DNA of 64,000 nt from Thermoanaerobaculia bacterium (lineage in GTDB: Bacteria > Acidobacteriota > Thermoanaerobaculia > Multivoradales > Multivoraceae): assembly GCA_963666565.1 (NCBI GenBank), contig OY762911.1:2752001-2816000 (forward strand), in the 5' to 3' direction. Below, piece after piece: positions 52,317 to 61,261 of the stretch (position 1 is its first letter; each line of letters opens with the position of its first letter). The notes below the pieces were generated by a model. The model searched no databases. It saw only the letters and a program-made list of their open reading frames with translations, and was not told the DNA's origin. The position numbers were made by a program, and so were the translations under genes.

Positions 52317-53750
52317 TCAGGGTTCGGGGTCGGCTGGCGGTTCCTCGTCCGGCTGGGCGGAGTGCCCCTCGGGTCCCGGGTCGCTTTCGCGGGCGCCCAG
52401 GTACTCGGGCAGCTTGATGCCGACGTTCTTCGTCAACTCGTGCAGCGGCGGCAGGGAACCGACCAGGCCGGAAACGAAGTCGGCCGTCGCCGTCTTGCCG
52501 TTCTCGCCGCGGCCGGAGTCCCACACGGTCACGTTGTCGATCTTGAGGCCGGCGATCGCCTTGACCTGCTCCTCGACCAGCTTGGGCAGCTGCTCGGTGG
52601 CCAGCAGCAGCGCCGCGTTGTCGGCGCCGCCGATCGCGTCGACGATGCGGTCGAAGCCATCGGCCTTCTTCTTGAGGATCGCCTCGATGCCGGCCGCCTC
52701 GGCTTCCTGGAGGCGCTGAATCCGGTCGGCGTCGGCCTCGGTCAGCGAGCGGATGCCGTCCGCCTCGCCTCGCTTCAGGCGCCGGTTGCGCTCGGCCTCG
52801 GCTTCGGCCAGGGTGGCGATCTCCTCCTTCTTGATCTCGGCGGGCACGACGACGTCCGCCCGCTGGGTCGCCTGCTCGCGGCTGGCGCGCGCGACCTCGG
52901 ACTCCTCCTGGGCCGCGTACGCTTCCTGCAGCGCCTGGGCGGCCTTGACCTTCTCGGCGGCGGAGGCGTCGCGCTCGGCCTCGGCCTCTTCCTTTCTCCG
53001 TTGAGAGTCGGACCGGGCCACCCGCACCGCGGATTCGTTCTCGCCCTCCTGGGCCGTCGCCCGGGCCTCGGCCACCTGGATGCGCCGGTCGCGCTCGGCG
53101 GCCGCCGCGCCGACCTCGCCGTCGCGCTCCTGCTCGGCGACCTTGACCTTCGCCTCGTTGATCGCCCGCGCCGCGGCCTCCTTGCCGAGCGCGTCGATGT
53201 AGCCGGACTCGTCCGTGATGTCCTGGATGTTCACGTTGATCAGCCGCAGGCCGACCTTCTTCAGCTCGACCTCGACGCCGTTCGAGATGTTCTCGATCAG
53301 CTTGTCGCGGTCGGCGTTGATCTCCTCGATCGGCATCGTCGCCAGGACGACGCGCATCTGGCCGAAGATGATGTCGCGGGCGAGCGCCGACACCCGCTCC
53401 ATCTGCATCCCGAGCAGGCGCTCGGCCGCGTTTTCCATCACCCCGGACTCGGTCGAGATGCCGACGGTGAACGTGGACGGGCAGTTCACGCGGATGTTCT
53501 GCTTCGACAGCGCGCCGGTCAGGTTGATGTCCATCGTCATCGGTTCGAGATCGAGGAACTGGTGCGCCTGGAGGATGGGGACGATGAAGGCGGCGCCGCC
53601 GTGGTAGCACTTCGCCGAGCCGGCGCCGCCGATCTTCCCGTAGACCACGAGGATGCGGTCGGACGGACACCGCCGGTAGCGGCTCGAGAGCGAGAAGACG
53701 AGGATGAGGACCGCCGCCAGGGCGGACAGGATGAGGATGATCAGGTCCAC
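52317..53750 (-). CDS. Flotillin / SPFH-domain protein
   Basis: N-terminal TM, RYRRCPSDRILVVYG, NAAERLL, INVNIQDITD, EA-rich coiled coil, KIDNVTVWD. Confidence 0.92.
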   Translation of the reverse strand: MDLIILILSALAAVLILVFSLSSRYRRCPSDRILVVYGKIGGAGSAKCYHGGAAFIVPILQAHQFLDLEPMTMDINLTGALSKQNIRVNCPSTFTVGISTESGVMENAAERLLGMQMERVSALARDIIFGQMRVVLATMPIEEINADRDKLIENISNGVEVELKKVGLRLINVNIQDITDESGYIDALGKEAAARAINEAKVKVAEQERDGEVGAAAAERDRRIQVAEARATAQEGENESAVRVARSDSQRRKEEAEAERDASAAEKVKAAQALQEAYAAQEESEVARASREQATQRADVVVPAEIKKEEIATLAEAEAERNRRLKRGEADGIRSLTEADADRIQRLQEAEAAGIEAILKKKADGFDRIVDAIGGADNAALLLATEQLPKLVEEQVKAIAGLKIDNVTVWDSGRGENGKTATADFVSGLVGSLPPLHELTKNVGIKLPEYLGARESDPGPEGHSAQPDEEPPADPEP

Positions 53751-53769
53751 GGTTGGGTTCTCCTGACTG

Positions 53770-54357
53770 CTACTTTGTTGCTGTCGGCTCGTCGGCTTCC
53801 GCTTCGAGCGGAGCGACGAGCAGGGTGTTCCGATCGAGGAGGTCGACCACGCGGATGCGGGCCAGAGTCGGCAGGTCCCGGTCGTGCCGCGTCATCGCGG
53901 CGACCGTGCGGAACCGGCCCTGGACCAGGACCTCGACCTGCCCCGGTTTCTTCAGACTGGCGCCGATGGGCGCGTAGACCTTGCCGGCCACGCCGACCGC
54001 GTTCCTGTAGTCCACGGTGCCGCTGTGGCGCATTCCGATCATCACGCGCATGATGAGGAACAGGATGCCGGCGAAGAGGAGGCCGACGGCGGTGCCGCCG
54101 AGCGAGGCGGCGAGCGTTCCGTAGCCGGCGCGCATCATGACGACGCCGGTCCAGCCGAAGCCGGCCAGGAAGCCGCTCACCGTGCGCAGCGACAGCAGGG
54201 ACGTCCCCTCACCGTCGACGGCGTCGAACAGGTCGTCGAGCCCGAAGACGGTGAGGACGACCTGGACCAGGAGGGCCAGGGCGGAGACGATGCCGAGCGC
54301 GTAGAAGACGCGGTACGCGCCGTCCAGCGAACCCCACCAGTTGCCGACTGCCTCCAT
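53770..54357 (-). CDS. NfeD/YuaF-like membrane protein
   Basis: TM helices, FLAGFGWTG, C-terminal OB-like GKVYAPI...GQVEVLVQG; lies upstream of flotillin. Confidence 0.82.
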   Translation of the reverse strand: MEAVGNWWGSLDGAYRVFYALGIVSALALLVQVVLTVFGLDDLFDAVDGEGTSLLSLRTVSGFLAGFGWTGVVMMRAGYGTLAASLGGTAVGLLFAGILFLIMRVMIGMRHSGTVDYRNAVGVAGKVYAPIGASLKKPGQVEVLVQGRFRTVAAMTRHDRDLPTLARIRVVDLLDRNTLLVAPLEAEADEPTATK

Positions 54358-54410
54358 CGTTCCTCCCCTCTTCTTCTACGTGTCTTCGGGGTCCATTGTT
54401 GGCGCCGCCG

Positions 54411-55733
54411 CTACGACCCGCGCGCCGCCCGTTCGATGCCCCGCGCCTCGTCGACCCGCAGCAGCAGCAGGCCGCCGACCAGGAAGAAGACGAGGACGAC
54501 CCCGATGCCGGCGCGCTGCCCGTAGCCGGCGGTGATGACCCCGAGCAGCATCGGCCCCAGGAAGGCCGTCGCCTTGCCCGAGAAGGCGAAGAAGCCGAAG
54601 AACTCGGACTCGTAGCGCCTGGGGGCGAAACGGGCCATCAGCGACCGGCTCGCCGACTGGTTGGGACCCATGAACAGGCCGAGGACCAGGGCCGCCCCCC
54701 AGAACCAGGCCTTGCTCGGCGCGGCGACCGCGACCAGGGAGCAGACGAACAGGCCGACCAGGCTCCAGAGCACGGTGGCGCGGCCGCCCACCCGGTCGTC
54801 CATCAGGCCGAAGAGGAAGGCGCCCGCGCCGGCCGCGACGTTGAGCGCGATGCCGAACACGATGACTTCCGCCGTGTCCATGCCGAAGGTGCCGGCGGCG
54901 TAGACGCCGCCGAAGGCGAACACGGTGATCAGGCCGTCGTTGTAGATCAGGCGGGCGATCAGGAAGCGGACGATGTCTCGGAAGTCCCGGATGCGCGCGA
55001 AGGTGCGGGCGAGATCCCGGAAAGACTCCCGGACCGATGCGGCGATGCCGCCTCCGCCGCCGCGGGCCGGAACGGCGTCGCGGACGGCCAGGAGCATCGG
55101 CAGGCTGAAGAGCAGGAACCAGCCCGCGACGAGCAGGTTCGAGGCGCGGACGTTGAAGCCGTCTTCCGTGCCGAGCGGCAGCCAGGGCGGCGAGTCGCCG
55201 AGGCCGATCAGGCCCAGCAGCGCCAGCACCAGGCAGACCAGGCCGCCGGCATAGCCCAGGCCCCAGGCGTAGCCCGAGATCCGTCCGATCGTCGCCGGGG
55301 TCGACAACTGGGGCAGGAACGCGTTGTAGAACACCATGCCGACCTCGAAGCCGACGTTCGCGACGACGAACAGGGTGAGGGCGGCCAGGACGGCGTTGCC
55401 GCTTCCCGGAACGACGAAGGCGAGCCAGGCGGTCGCCGCCACCGAGATCAGGGTGGCGGCCGCCAGGAAGCGGCGACGAAGCCCCGAGCGGTCGGCCATG
55501 GCGCCGAGCACCGGGGAGACGAGCGCGATGACCAGCGAGCTGATCGTGATCCCGCGCGACCAGAGAACGGTGCCGCGGTCCGCGTCCGCCGCGAAGGTCT
55601 GGGAGAAGTAGGTGGCGTAGACGAAGGTCACCACCAGGGTGGTGAAGGCGGAGTTGGCCCAGTCGTAGAGGCACCACGAGAAGACCGCCCCGCGGCGGGC
55701 GGCCGGCTGCGATCCGCTGCCGCCGGCGCTCAG
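54411..55733 (-). CDS. MFS transporter (UMF1/Atg22-like); probable CTG start
   Basis: SWCLYDWANSAF, FYNAFLPQL, GRISGYAWGLGY, YNDG, QSASRSL, EFFGFF..SGK; CTGA overlap with the upstream stop. Confidence 0.88.
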   Translation of the reverse strand: MSAGGSGSQPAARRGAVFSWCLYDWANSAFTTLVVTFVYATYFSQTFAADADRGTVLWSRGITISSLVIALVSPVLGAMADRSGLRRRFLAAATLISVAATAWLAFVVPGSGNAVLAALTLFVVANVGFEVGMVFYNAFLPQLSTPATIGRISGYAWGLGYAGGLVCLVLALLGLIGLGDSPPWLPLGTEDGFNVRASNLLVAGWFLLFSLPMLLAVRDAVPARGGGGGIAASVRESFRDLARTFARIRDFRDIVRFLIARLIYNDGLITVFAFGGVYAAGTFGMDTAEVIVFGIALNVAAGAGAFLFGLMDDRVGGRATVLWSLVGLFVCSLVAVAAPSKAWFWGAALVLGLFMGPNQSASRSLMARFAPRRYESEFFGFFAFSGKATAFLGPMLLGVITAGYGQRAGIGVVLVFFLVGGLLLLRVDEARGIERAARGS

Positions 55734-56587
55734 AACGGCTCGTCCTCCCACCAGGGGAACCAGGGCGGCAGGTCGCGGCTGACCGCCATCGGGAACCGGG
55801 CCGGGCGCTTCTCGAGGAAGGACGTCACGCCCTCCGCCGCGTCGTCGCTGCGGCCGCGGGAGAAGATCCCCTTCGACTCCACGCGGTGGGCGGCCATCGG
55901 CGACTCCGCGGTCAGCCCCTTCCACAGCATGTGACGGGTCAGCGTCACGGACACCGGCGACGCGTTGGCGGCGATCTCCGCGGCGAGTTCGCGGGCCGCG
56001 GGCAGGAGTTCCCCGGGTTCGAGGACGCGGCTGACGAGCCCGGCCTCGAGCGCCTCCGACGCGGGGAAGACGCGTCCGCTCAGCGCCCACTCCGAGGCCT
56101 TGCCCATGCCGACGAGACGCGGCAGGAACCAGGTGCTGCAGGCTTCCGGCACCATGCCGCGGCGAACGAAGACGAAGCCCATCCGCGCCTCGGTCGAGGC
56201 GATGCGGACATCCATGGGGAGGGTCATCGTGATGCCGACGCCGACCGCCGGCCCGTTGATCGCCGCGACGATCGGCTTCTTCAGATCCCAGATGCGGAGC
56301 GACAGCACCCCGCCGCCGTCGCGAAACTCCTCGATGGCGGCCCGCGAGCGGGCGAACGTGTCGCCGCCGGAGGACAGGTCGGCGCCGGCGCAGAAGCCGC
56401 GCCCCGCTCCCGTCACGACGATCGCGCGCACCGCGTCGTCCGCGTCGGCGCGGTCGAAGGCGTCGACCATCTCGGCGTGCATCTTGCCGTTGAACGCGTT
56501 CAGGATCTCGGGCCGGTTCATCGTGAGGACGAGGACGCCGTCGGCCAGTTCGGTGCGGATCGTCTCGTAGGGGGGCTGGTCGCTCAT
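55730..56587 (-). CDS. Enoyl-CoA hydratase/isomerase (crotonase) family
   Basis: LTMNRPEILNA, TGAGRGFCAGADL, AINGPAVGVG, EGVTSFLEKR. Confidence 0.92.
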   Translation of the reverse strand: MSDQPPYETIRTELADGVLVLTMNRPEILNAFNGKMHAEMVDAFDRADADDAVRAIVVTGAGRGFCAGADLSSGGDTFARSRAAIEEFRDGGGVLSLRIWDLKKPIVAAINGPAVGVGITMTLPMDVRIASTEARMGFVFVRRGMVPEACSTWFLPRLVGMGKASEWALSGRVFPASEALEAGLVSRVLEPGELLPAARELAAEIAANASPVSVTLTRHMLWKGLTAESPMAAHRVESKGIFSRGRSDDAAEGVTSFLEKRPARFPMAVSRDLPPWFPWWEDEPF

Positions 56588-56612
56588 CCGGACTCGTCTC
56601 CTCGCCTTCTCT

Positions 56613-57884
56613 TCAGCTTGTCGGCGCCAGGCCCGGCACGGGGAAGCGCAGGCAGAATCGTTCGATGTCCCGGCGCATCGCCTCAAGCCGGTCCTCGTCG
56701 CCGTGGCGTCGCAAGGCGTCCACGATCCACTCGGCGAGCAGCTTCATCTCCGCCTCTTCCATGCCGCGCGCGGTCGCGGCCGGGCTGCCGAGGCGGATGC
56801 CGCTGGGCCGCAACGGCGGCCGCGGATCGTCCGGAATCAACTGCTTGTTCACGGTGATCGACACCCGGTCCAGCGTCTCCTCCGCGACCCGTCCGTCGAT
56901 GCCGAAGCTCCTCTCGGTGTCGAGCACCATCATGTGGTTCTCGGTGCCGCCGGTGACCAGTTCGGCGCCCCGCCTCATCAGCTCGTCCGCCAGCACCTTC
57001 GCGTTGGTCAGCACCTGCCGCGCGTAAACCGCGAACTCCGGTTCGAGCGCCTTGCCCAGGGCGATCGCCAGGGCGGCCACGGCGTTCATGTGGGGACCGC
57101 CCTGGAGGCCGGGGAAGACCGCCTTGTCGATCTTCAGCCGGTGCTCCTTGCGGCAGAGGATGAGGCCGCTGCGGGGGCCGCGCAGCGTCTTGTGCCCCGT
57201 GGTCGTCATCACGTCGAAGCCGAAGTCGAGCGGGTTGTCCATCGCGTTGCCCGCGATCAGGCCGCCGATGTGGGATACGTCCGCCATCGTCAGCGCGCCC
57301 ACGTCGTCGGCGACGCGCTTGAACTCGCGGTAGTCGTAGTCCCGCGGGTAGGACGAGTAGCCGCAGAGGATCATCTTCGGCTTGTGCTCGCGGGCCTGGG
57401 CGAGCAGGGCGTCGAAGTCGATGGCGCCCTCGTTGGCCGGGTCGGTCCGGTAGCGGATGAAATGGAAGACGCGGCCCATGTGGGACACCGGCGCGCCGTG
57501 GGTGAGGTGGCCGCCGTGCGAAAGGTCCATCGCCAGCACCGTGTCGCCGGGATCGAGGAAGGCGAAGTAGGCGGCCTGGTTCATCGGCGAGCCGGACAGC
57601 GCCTGGACGTTCGCGTGCTCGGCCCGGAACACCCGGCAGGCGCGCTCGATCGCCAGCCGCTCCACGGCGTCCGTGAACTCCTGGCCGCCGTAGTAGCGGC
57701 GGCCGGGGTAGCCCTCCGCGTACTTGTTCGTCAGCACGGAACCGTTGGCCGCGAACACCTCGGGGTACGTGTAGTTCTCCGACGGGATCAGCTCGACGCC
57801 GCGGCGCTCCCGCTCCTCCTCGCCGGCGATGGCGGCCCAGACCGCGGGATCGCTGCGTTCCAGCGCCTGCCGGTTGGAATCCAC
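56613..57884 (-). CDS. glyA: Serine hydroxymethyltransferase
   Basis: LIPSENY, NKYAEGYPGRRYYGG, GGHLTHG, TTTGHKTLRGPR, FPGLQGGP, SGIRLG. Confidence 0.97.
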   Translation of the reverse strand: MDSNRQALERSDPAVWAAIAGEEERERRGVELIPSENYTYPEVFAANGSVLTNKYAEGYPGRRYYGGQEFTDAVERLAIERACRVFRAEHANVQALSGSPMNQAAYFAFLDPGDTVLAMDLSHGGHLTHGAPVSHMGRVFHFIRYRTDPANEGAIDFDALLAQAREHKPKMILCGYSSYPRDYDYREFKRVADDVGALTMADVSHIGGLIAGNAMDNPLDFGFDVMTTTGHKTLRGPRSGLILCRKEHRLKIDKAVFPGLQGGPHMNAVAALAIALGKALEPEFAVYARQVLTNAKVLADELMRRGAELVTGGTENHMMVLDTERSFGIDGRVAEETLDRVSITVNKQLIPDDPRPPLRPSGIRLGSPAATARGMEEAEMKLLAEWIVDALRRHGDEDRLEAMRRDIERFCLRFPVPGLAPTS

Positions 57885-57975
57885 TACGCGGCTTCTCCGA
57901 AGTCGATCGGTTGGCGGAAGGCGCCGGCGGCCCCGGTCGGAGCCGCGTGCCGGCGTCTTCGCTCGCGGCGGGAAG

Positions 57976-58596
57976 CTACTCGAGCGCCGCCTTCGCGGCC
58001 TCGAGCAGAACCGTTTCCGGCAGACGGACCATGTAGTCCGGGTTCACGTAGTGGAAGGCGATCCGGCCCTCCGTGTCGAGCACGAAGACGGCGGGCACCG
58101 GCAGCATGTGGTGATCGTCCCCCGCGTACGCCTCCAGATCGAGCCCGTAGCTCTCCCGGTAGGTGCGCACCAGCTCTTCGTCGCGGAAGGCGATGCCGAA
58201 CGCCTGCGAGGCCGCCATGCCCCGATCCGAGAGGAGCCGGTAGTTCAGCTCGTTCTTGTCGACCGTGGCCCGCAGTTGTTCCGCGACATCCGGCGAGATG
58301 GCGAACAACCGGTAGCCGAGGCCGATCAGATCCTGTTCTATCTCCCGCAACTGACCCAGTTGCGTGTTGCAGTACGGTCACCAGCCGCCGCGGTAGAAGA
58401 TGAGGATCGTCGGCTGGGCCTTCGCCGCGGCCAGCAGATCGACCGTGCCGCCGTCCGCGGCCGGGAGTTCGACTTCGGGTACGGCGCTGCCGACCAGAAG
58501 CGGCCGGACATCCTCGGCGGATGTCGGCACGTCGGCGGCAAGCGCGGGAGAGGCGCAGACGAGGGCCGCGCCGGCCAGCAGAGTTCTCGTTTTCAT
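57976..58596 (-). CDS. Secreted AhpC/TSA peroxiredoxin-like selenoprotein (Sec73)
   Basis: Continuous frame MKTRTLLAGAAL...FYRGGW-[TGA 58380-58378]-PYCNTQL...AISPD...LLSD...LPVPAVF; UxxC at the usual CxxC site; stem-loop downstream. Confidence 0.85.
58346..58364 (-). promoter_or_regulatory. Bacterial SECIS-like hairpin
   Basis: CGCAACUG-GGU-CAGUUGCG perfect 8-bp stem starting 13 nt after the UGA, with G in the loop. Confidence 0.7.
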
Positions 58597-58622
58597 GGCG
58601 GGAGAGTAACACGCAGCCGGGC

Positions 58623-58677
58623 GACCTTCGACCGCCCGAAGCCGGGCGCTCGGACCGTGACGCGGCTGCCGCGGGTA
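58623..58677 (+). repeat. Family R2 repeat copy (diverged)
   Basis: GACCTTCGACCGCCCGAAGCCGGGCGCTCGGACCGTGACGCGGCTGCCGCGGG. Confidence 0.75.
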
Positions 58678-58690
58678 CGGGTCAGCCGGG

Positions 58691-60448
58691 TCAGGGCTCC
58701 TGGGCGGCTTCGCGGGCGGCCCGCCGGCGCTCACGAATCTCGTCCCAGGGGACAACGCCGGTGCGGGCGGCCCAGTCGTTCCAGAGAGCGGCGAGGGCGG
58801 CGACCCGCTCCGGTTCTGCCGGTGCCAGATCGTTGGCCTCCGTGCGATCGGCGACGAGGTCGTAGAGCTCCCACGGTCCGGGATAGCGGGACACCAGCTT
58901 CCACTTGCCGGCACGGACCGCCCGGTTGCCCTCGTGCTCCCAGAACACGGCCTCTCGTCCGAGCCGCTGGTCCTGAAAGGCCGGCAGCAGGCTCGTCCCC
59001 TCGACCGGGATGGATCCCCTGCCGGCGCGGTTCGCTGGGTGGAGGGCGCCGGCGGCGTCGAGCGCGGTCGCCATCAGGTCGATGACGTGTGCGGTTTCTC
59101 GCGCGATGCCGCCGCCGTCGGCGATCCGCGCCGGCCAGTGAACGATCAGCGGCGAGGCGATGCCGCCTTCGTGGACCCAGTGCTTGTACAGGCGGAACGG
59201 CGTGTTGCTGACGTGCGCCCAGTGCGGGCCGTAGCTCTGGTAGCTCGACTCCGGTCCGGGGAGCACGCTCGTGTCGTTGCCGACGGCGACCGGGCTGCCG
59301 TCCAGGGCCTGGCGCGGGATCGCGAGGCCGGTCCAACGGTCCGTCAGGACCTCGGCGCAACCGCCGTTGTCGGCCAGGAACAGGATCAGCGCGTTGTCGA
59401 GCCGGCCGGTCTCCTCGAGTGCCGCCACCAACTCCCCGATCCCCCGATCCATGCGGTCGATCTGCGCGGCGTAGACCTCCATCGCCCGTTCGAACCAGGC
59501 ACGTTCGTCCTCGGAGATCTCCTCCCAGGCGGGCACTCGTGGATCGCGCTCGGCGAGCGGCCAGTCGTCGTCGATGAGACCCAGTTCGATCAGCCGCATG
59601 CGGCGCTCTTCCCGGATCGCGTCCCAACCCGCCGCGTAGCGACCCCGGTAGCGCTCGATGTCCTCCGGCAGGGCGTGGAGAGGCCAGTGCGGCGCCGTGT
59701 GGGCGACGTACAGAAACAATGGATTGCCGCTCCGGTCGCCGGCCGCGTGCTCGCGCACGAAGCGCGCCGCGTAGTCCGAGATCGCGTCGGTGTAGTAGTA
59801 GTCCGGTGAGCCGGGGTCTTCTGGCGGTTCCAACTCGACCGGCGTGTTGCCTTCCGTCAGGGTGATCGGGTCGTAGAAGCTGCCGGCGCCGTGAATCGTG
59901 CCGTAGAAGCGGTCGAAACCGCGCTGCAAAGGCCAGTTGTGGGTCGACGTCAGTTCGCGGTTGCCGCTCCAGTGCCCGACGTGGCGGGTGACGTGCCACT
60001 TGCCGGACATGTACGTGCCGTAGCCGGCTTCGCCCAGCGCTTCGGCGATTGTCACCGCGTTGGCGGCGAGGTCGCCGCGGTATCCCGGCAACCCGTCGTC
60101 GCCCATCATGTGGCCGACGCCGGCCTGGTGCGCGTAGAGGCCGGTGAGCAGGGACGCGCGGGTCGGGCAGCAGCGGGCCGTGTTGTAGAAGTGGCTGAAG
60201 CGCAGGCCGTCGGCCGCCAGACGGTCGAGGTGGGGCGTGCCGATCTCGCCGCCATAGCTGCCGAGGTCGGAGAAACCCATGTCGTCCGCCATGATCAGGA
60301 CGATGTCGGGCCGCGGCGCGGAGTCCGTGCCGCCGCAACCGGAGAGCGCGAGCAGGGCTGCCGCGATCGGCGCGGCGAAGGCGACCGCCCGGCGAGACCG
60401 GGGAAGATCGCCGGCCCGGTTCTCGCGCGGATGCCTGGATGACCGCAT
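58691..60448 (-). CDS. Arylsulfatase (formylglycine type), probable lipoprotein
   Basis: Lipobox LLALSGC; IMADDMGFSD, CCPTRASLLTG (CxPxR), GKWH, APHWPLH, ADNG, EGGI. Confidence 0.93.
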   Translation of the reverse strand: MRSSRHPRENRAGDLPRSRRAVAFAAPIAAALLALSGCGGTDSAPRPDIVLIMADDMGFSDLGSYGGEIGTPHLDRLAADGLRFSHFYNTARCCPTRASLLTGLYAHQAGVGHMMGDDGLPGYRGDLAANAVTIAEALGEAGYGTYMSGKWHVTRHVGHWSGNRELTSTHNWPLQRGFDRFYGTIHGAGSFYDPITLTEGNTPVELEPPEDPGSPDYYYTDAISDYAARFVREHAAGDRSGNPLFLYVAHTAPHWPLHALPEDIERYRGRYAAGWDAIREERRMRLIELGLIDDDWPLAERDPRVPAWEEISEDERAWFERAMEVYAAQIDRMDRGIGELVAALEETGRLDNALILFLADNGGCAEVLTDRWTGLAIPRQALDGSPVAVGNDTSVLPGPESSYQSYGPHWAHVSNTPFRLYKHWVHEGGIASPLIVHWPARIADGGGIARETAHVIDLMATALDAAGALHPANRAGRGSIPVEGTSLLPAFQDQRLGREAVFWEHEGNRAVRAGKWKLVSRYPGPWELYDLVADRTEANDLAPAEPERVAALAALWNDWAARTGVVPWDEIRERRRAAREAAQEP

Positions 60449-60609
60449 CGCGGCAGTGTACTCAGGTTCGGGCTTCGGCCGGGTGCGTTTCGCCGACAGA
60501 CGTCGAGTGCCCGGGAGCACCCGACCGCGGTCGGACACGGTGGCTGGTAGCGTGGCCGCCGACTGCGAACGACTCCGGGAGCATCCGTGGTCGGAGCGAC
60601 ATCGAGGCC

Positions 60610-61095
60610 TTGCAGGTGGACCGCGATACCTACCGAAGTCTGATCGGACAGTTCGCTACCGGCGTCACGGTGGTGACGACCAACGTCGGCGGCCGGCTCC
60701 ACGGCATGACCGCGAACGCGGTGTGCTCGTTGTCGCTCGATCCGCTGCAGTTGCTCGTCTGCGTGGACCGCGAGTCGAACTGCTACTCGCAGATGCAGGC
60801 GGCGGAGGCGTTCGGCGTCAGCATCCTCGCCGCCGACCAGGAGGAGGTGTCGAACCGGTTCGCGCGGACCACGAAGCCCGCGGAGGGTTCCCTCCAGGGC
60901 GTGGAGTACCGGCTCGGCAGCCTGGGCGAGCCCCTGATCGAGGACGCGCTGGCGCACCTCGAATGCCGCATCGCGGACAGGCTCGACGGCGGCGACCACA
61001 TCATCGTGATCGGCGACGTGGTAGCTGGCGGGCAGGCGCGCGAGGCGGCGCCGCTGCTGTTCTACGGCGGTCGCTACGCCCGGCTCGCTCCATGA
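60610..61095 (+). CDS. Flavin reductase (HpaC/DIM6-NTAB family)
   Basis: FATGVTVVT, GMTANAVCSLSLDP, GGDHIIVIG, PLLFY.GRY. Confidence 0.9.
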   Translation: MQVDRDTYRSLIGQFATGVTVVTTNVGGRLHGMTANAVCSLSLDPLQLLVCVDRESNCYSQMQAAEAFGVSILAADQEEVSNRFARTTKPAEGSLQGVEYRLGSLGEPLIEDALAHLECRIADRLDGGDHIIVIGDVVAGGQAREAAPLLFYGGRYARLAP

Positions 61096-61112
61096 CCCGG
61101 CGCGGCGGAGAT

Positions 61113-61188
61113 TGCGTGCGCCGGCGTGACATCCGACCGCGCGCGGACGGGCGCTCGGACTGTGACGCGGCTGGCGCGGGATCGCGCC
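61113..61188 (+). repeat. Family R2 repeat copy
   Basis: GACATCCGACCGCGCGCGGACGGGCGCTCGGACTGTGACGCGGCTGGCGCGGG; lies between convergent genes. Confidence 0.85.
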
Positions 61189-61261
61189 ATTCGGGTTCTC
61201 GCCCGCATCCTGCGCGAAGCGCCGGCTTCCGGGCTTTCTGCCGCGCCAGGAAAGGCTGCCG

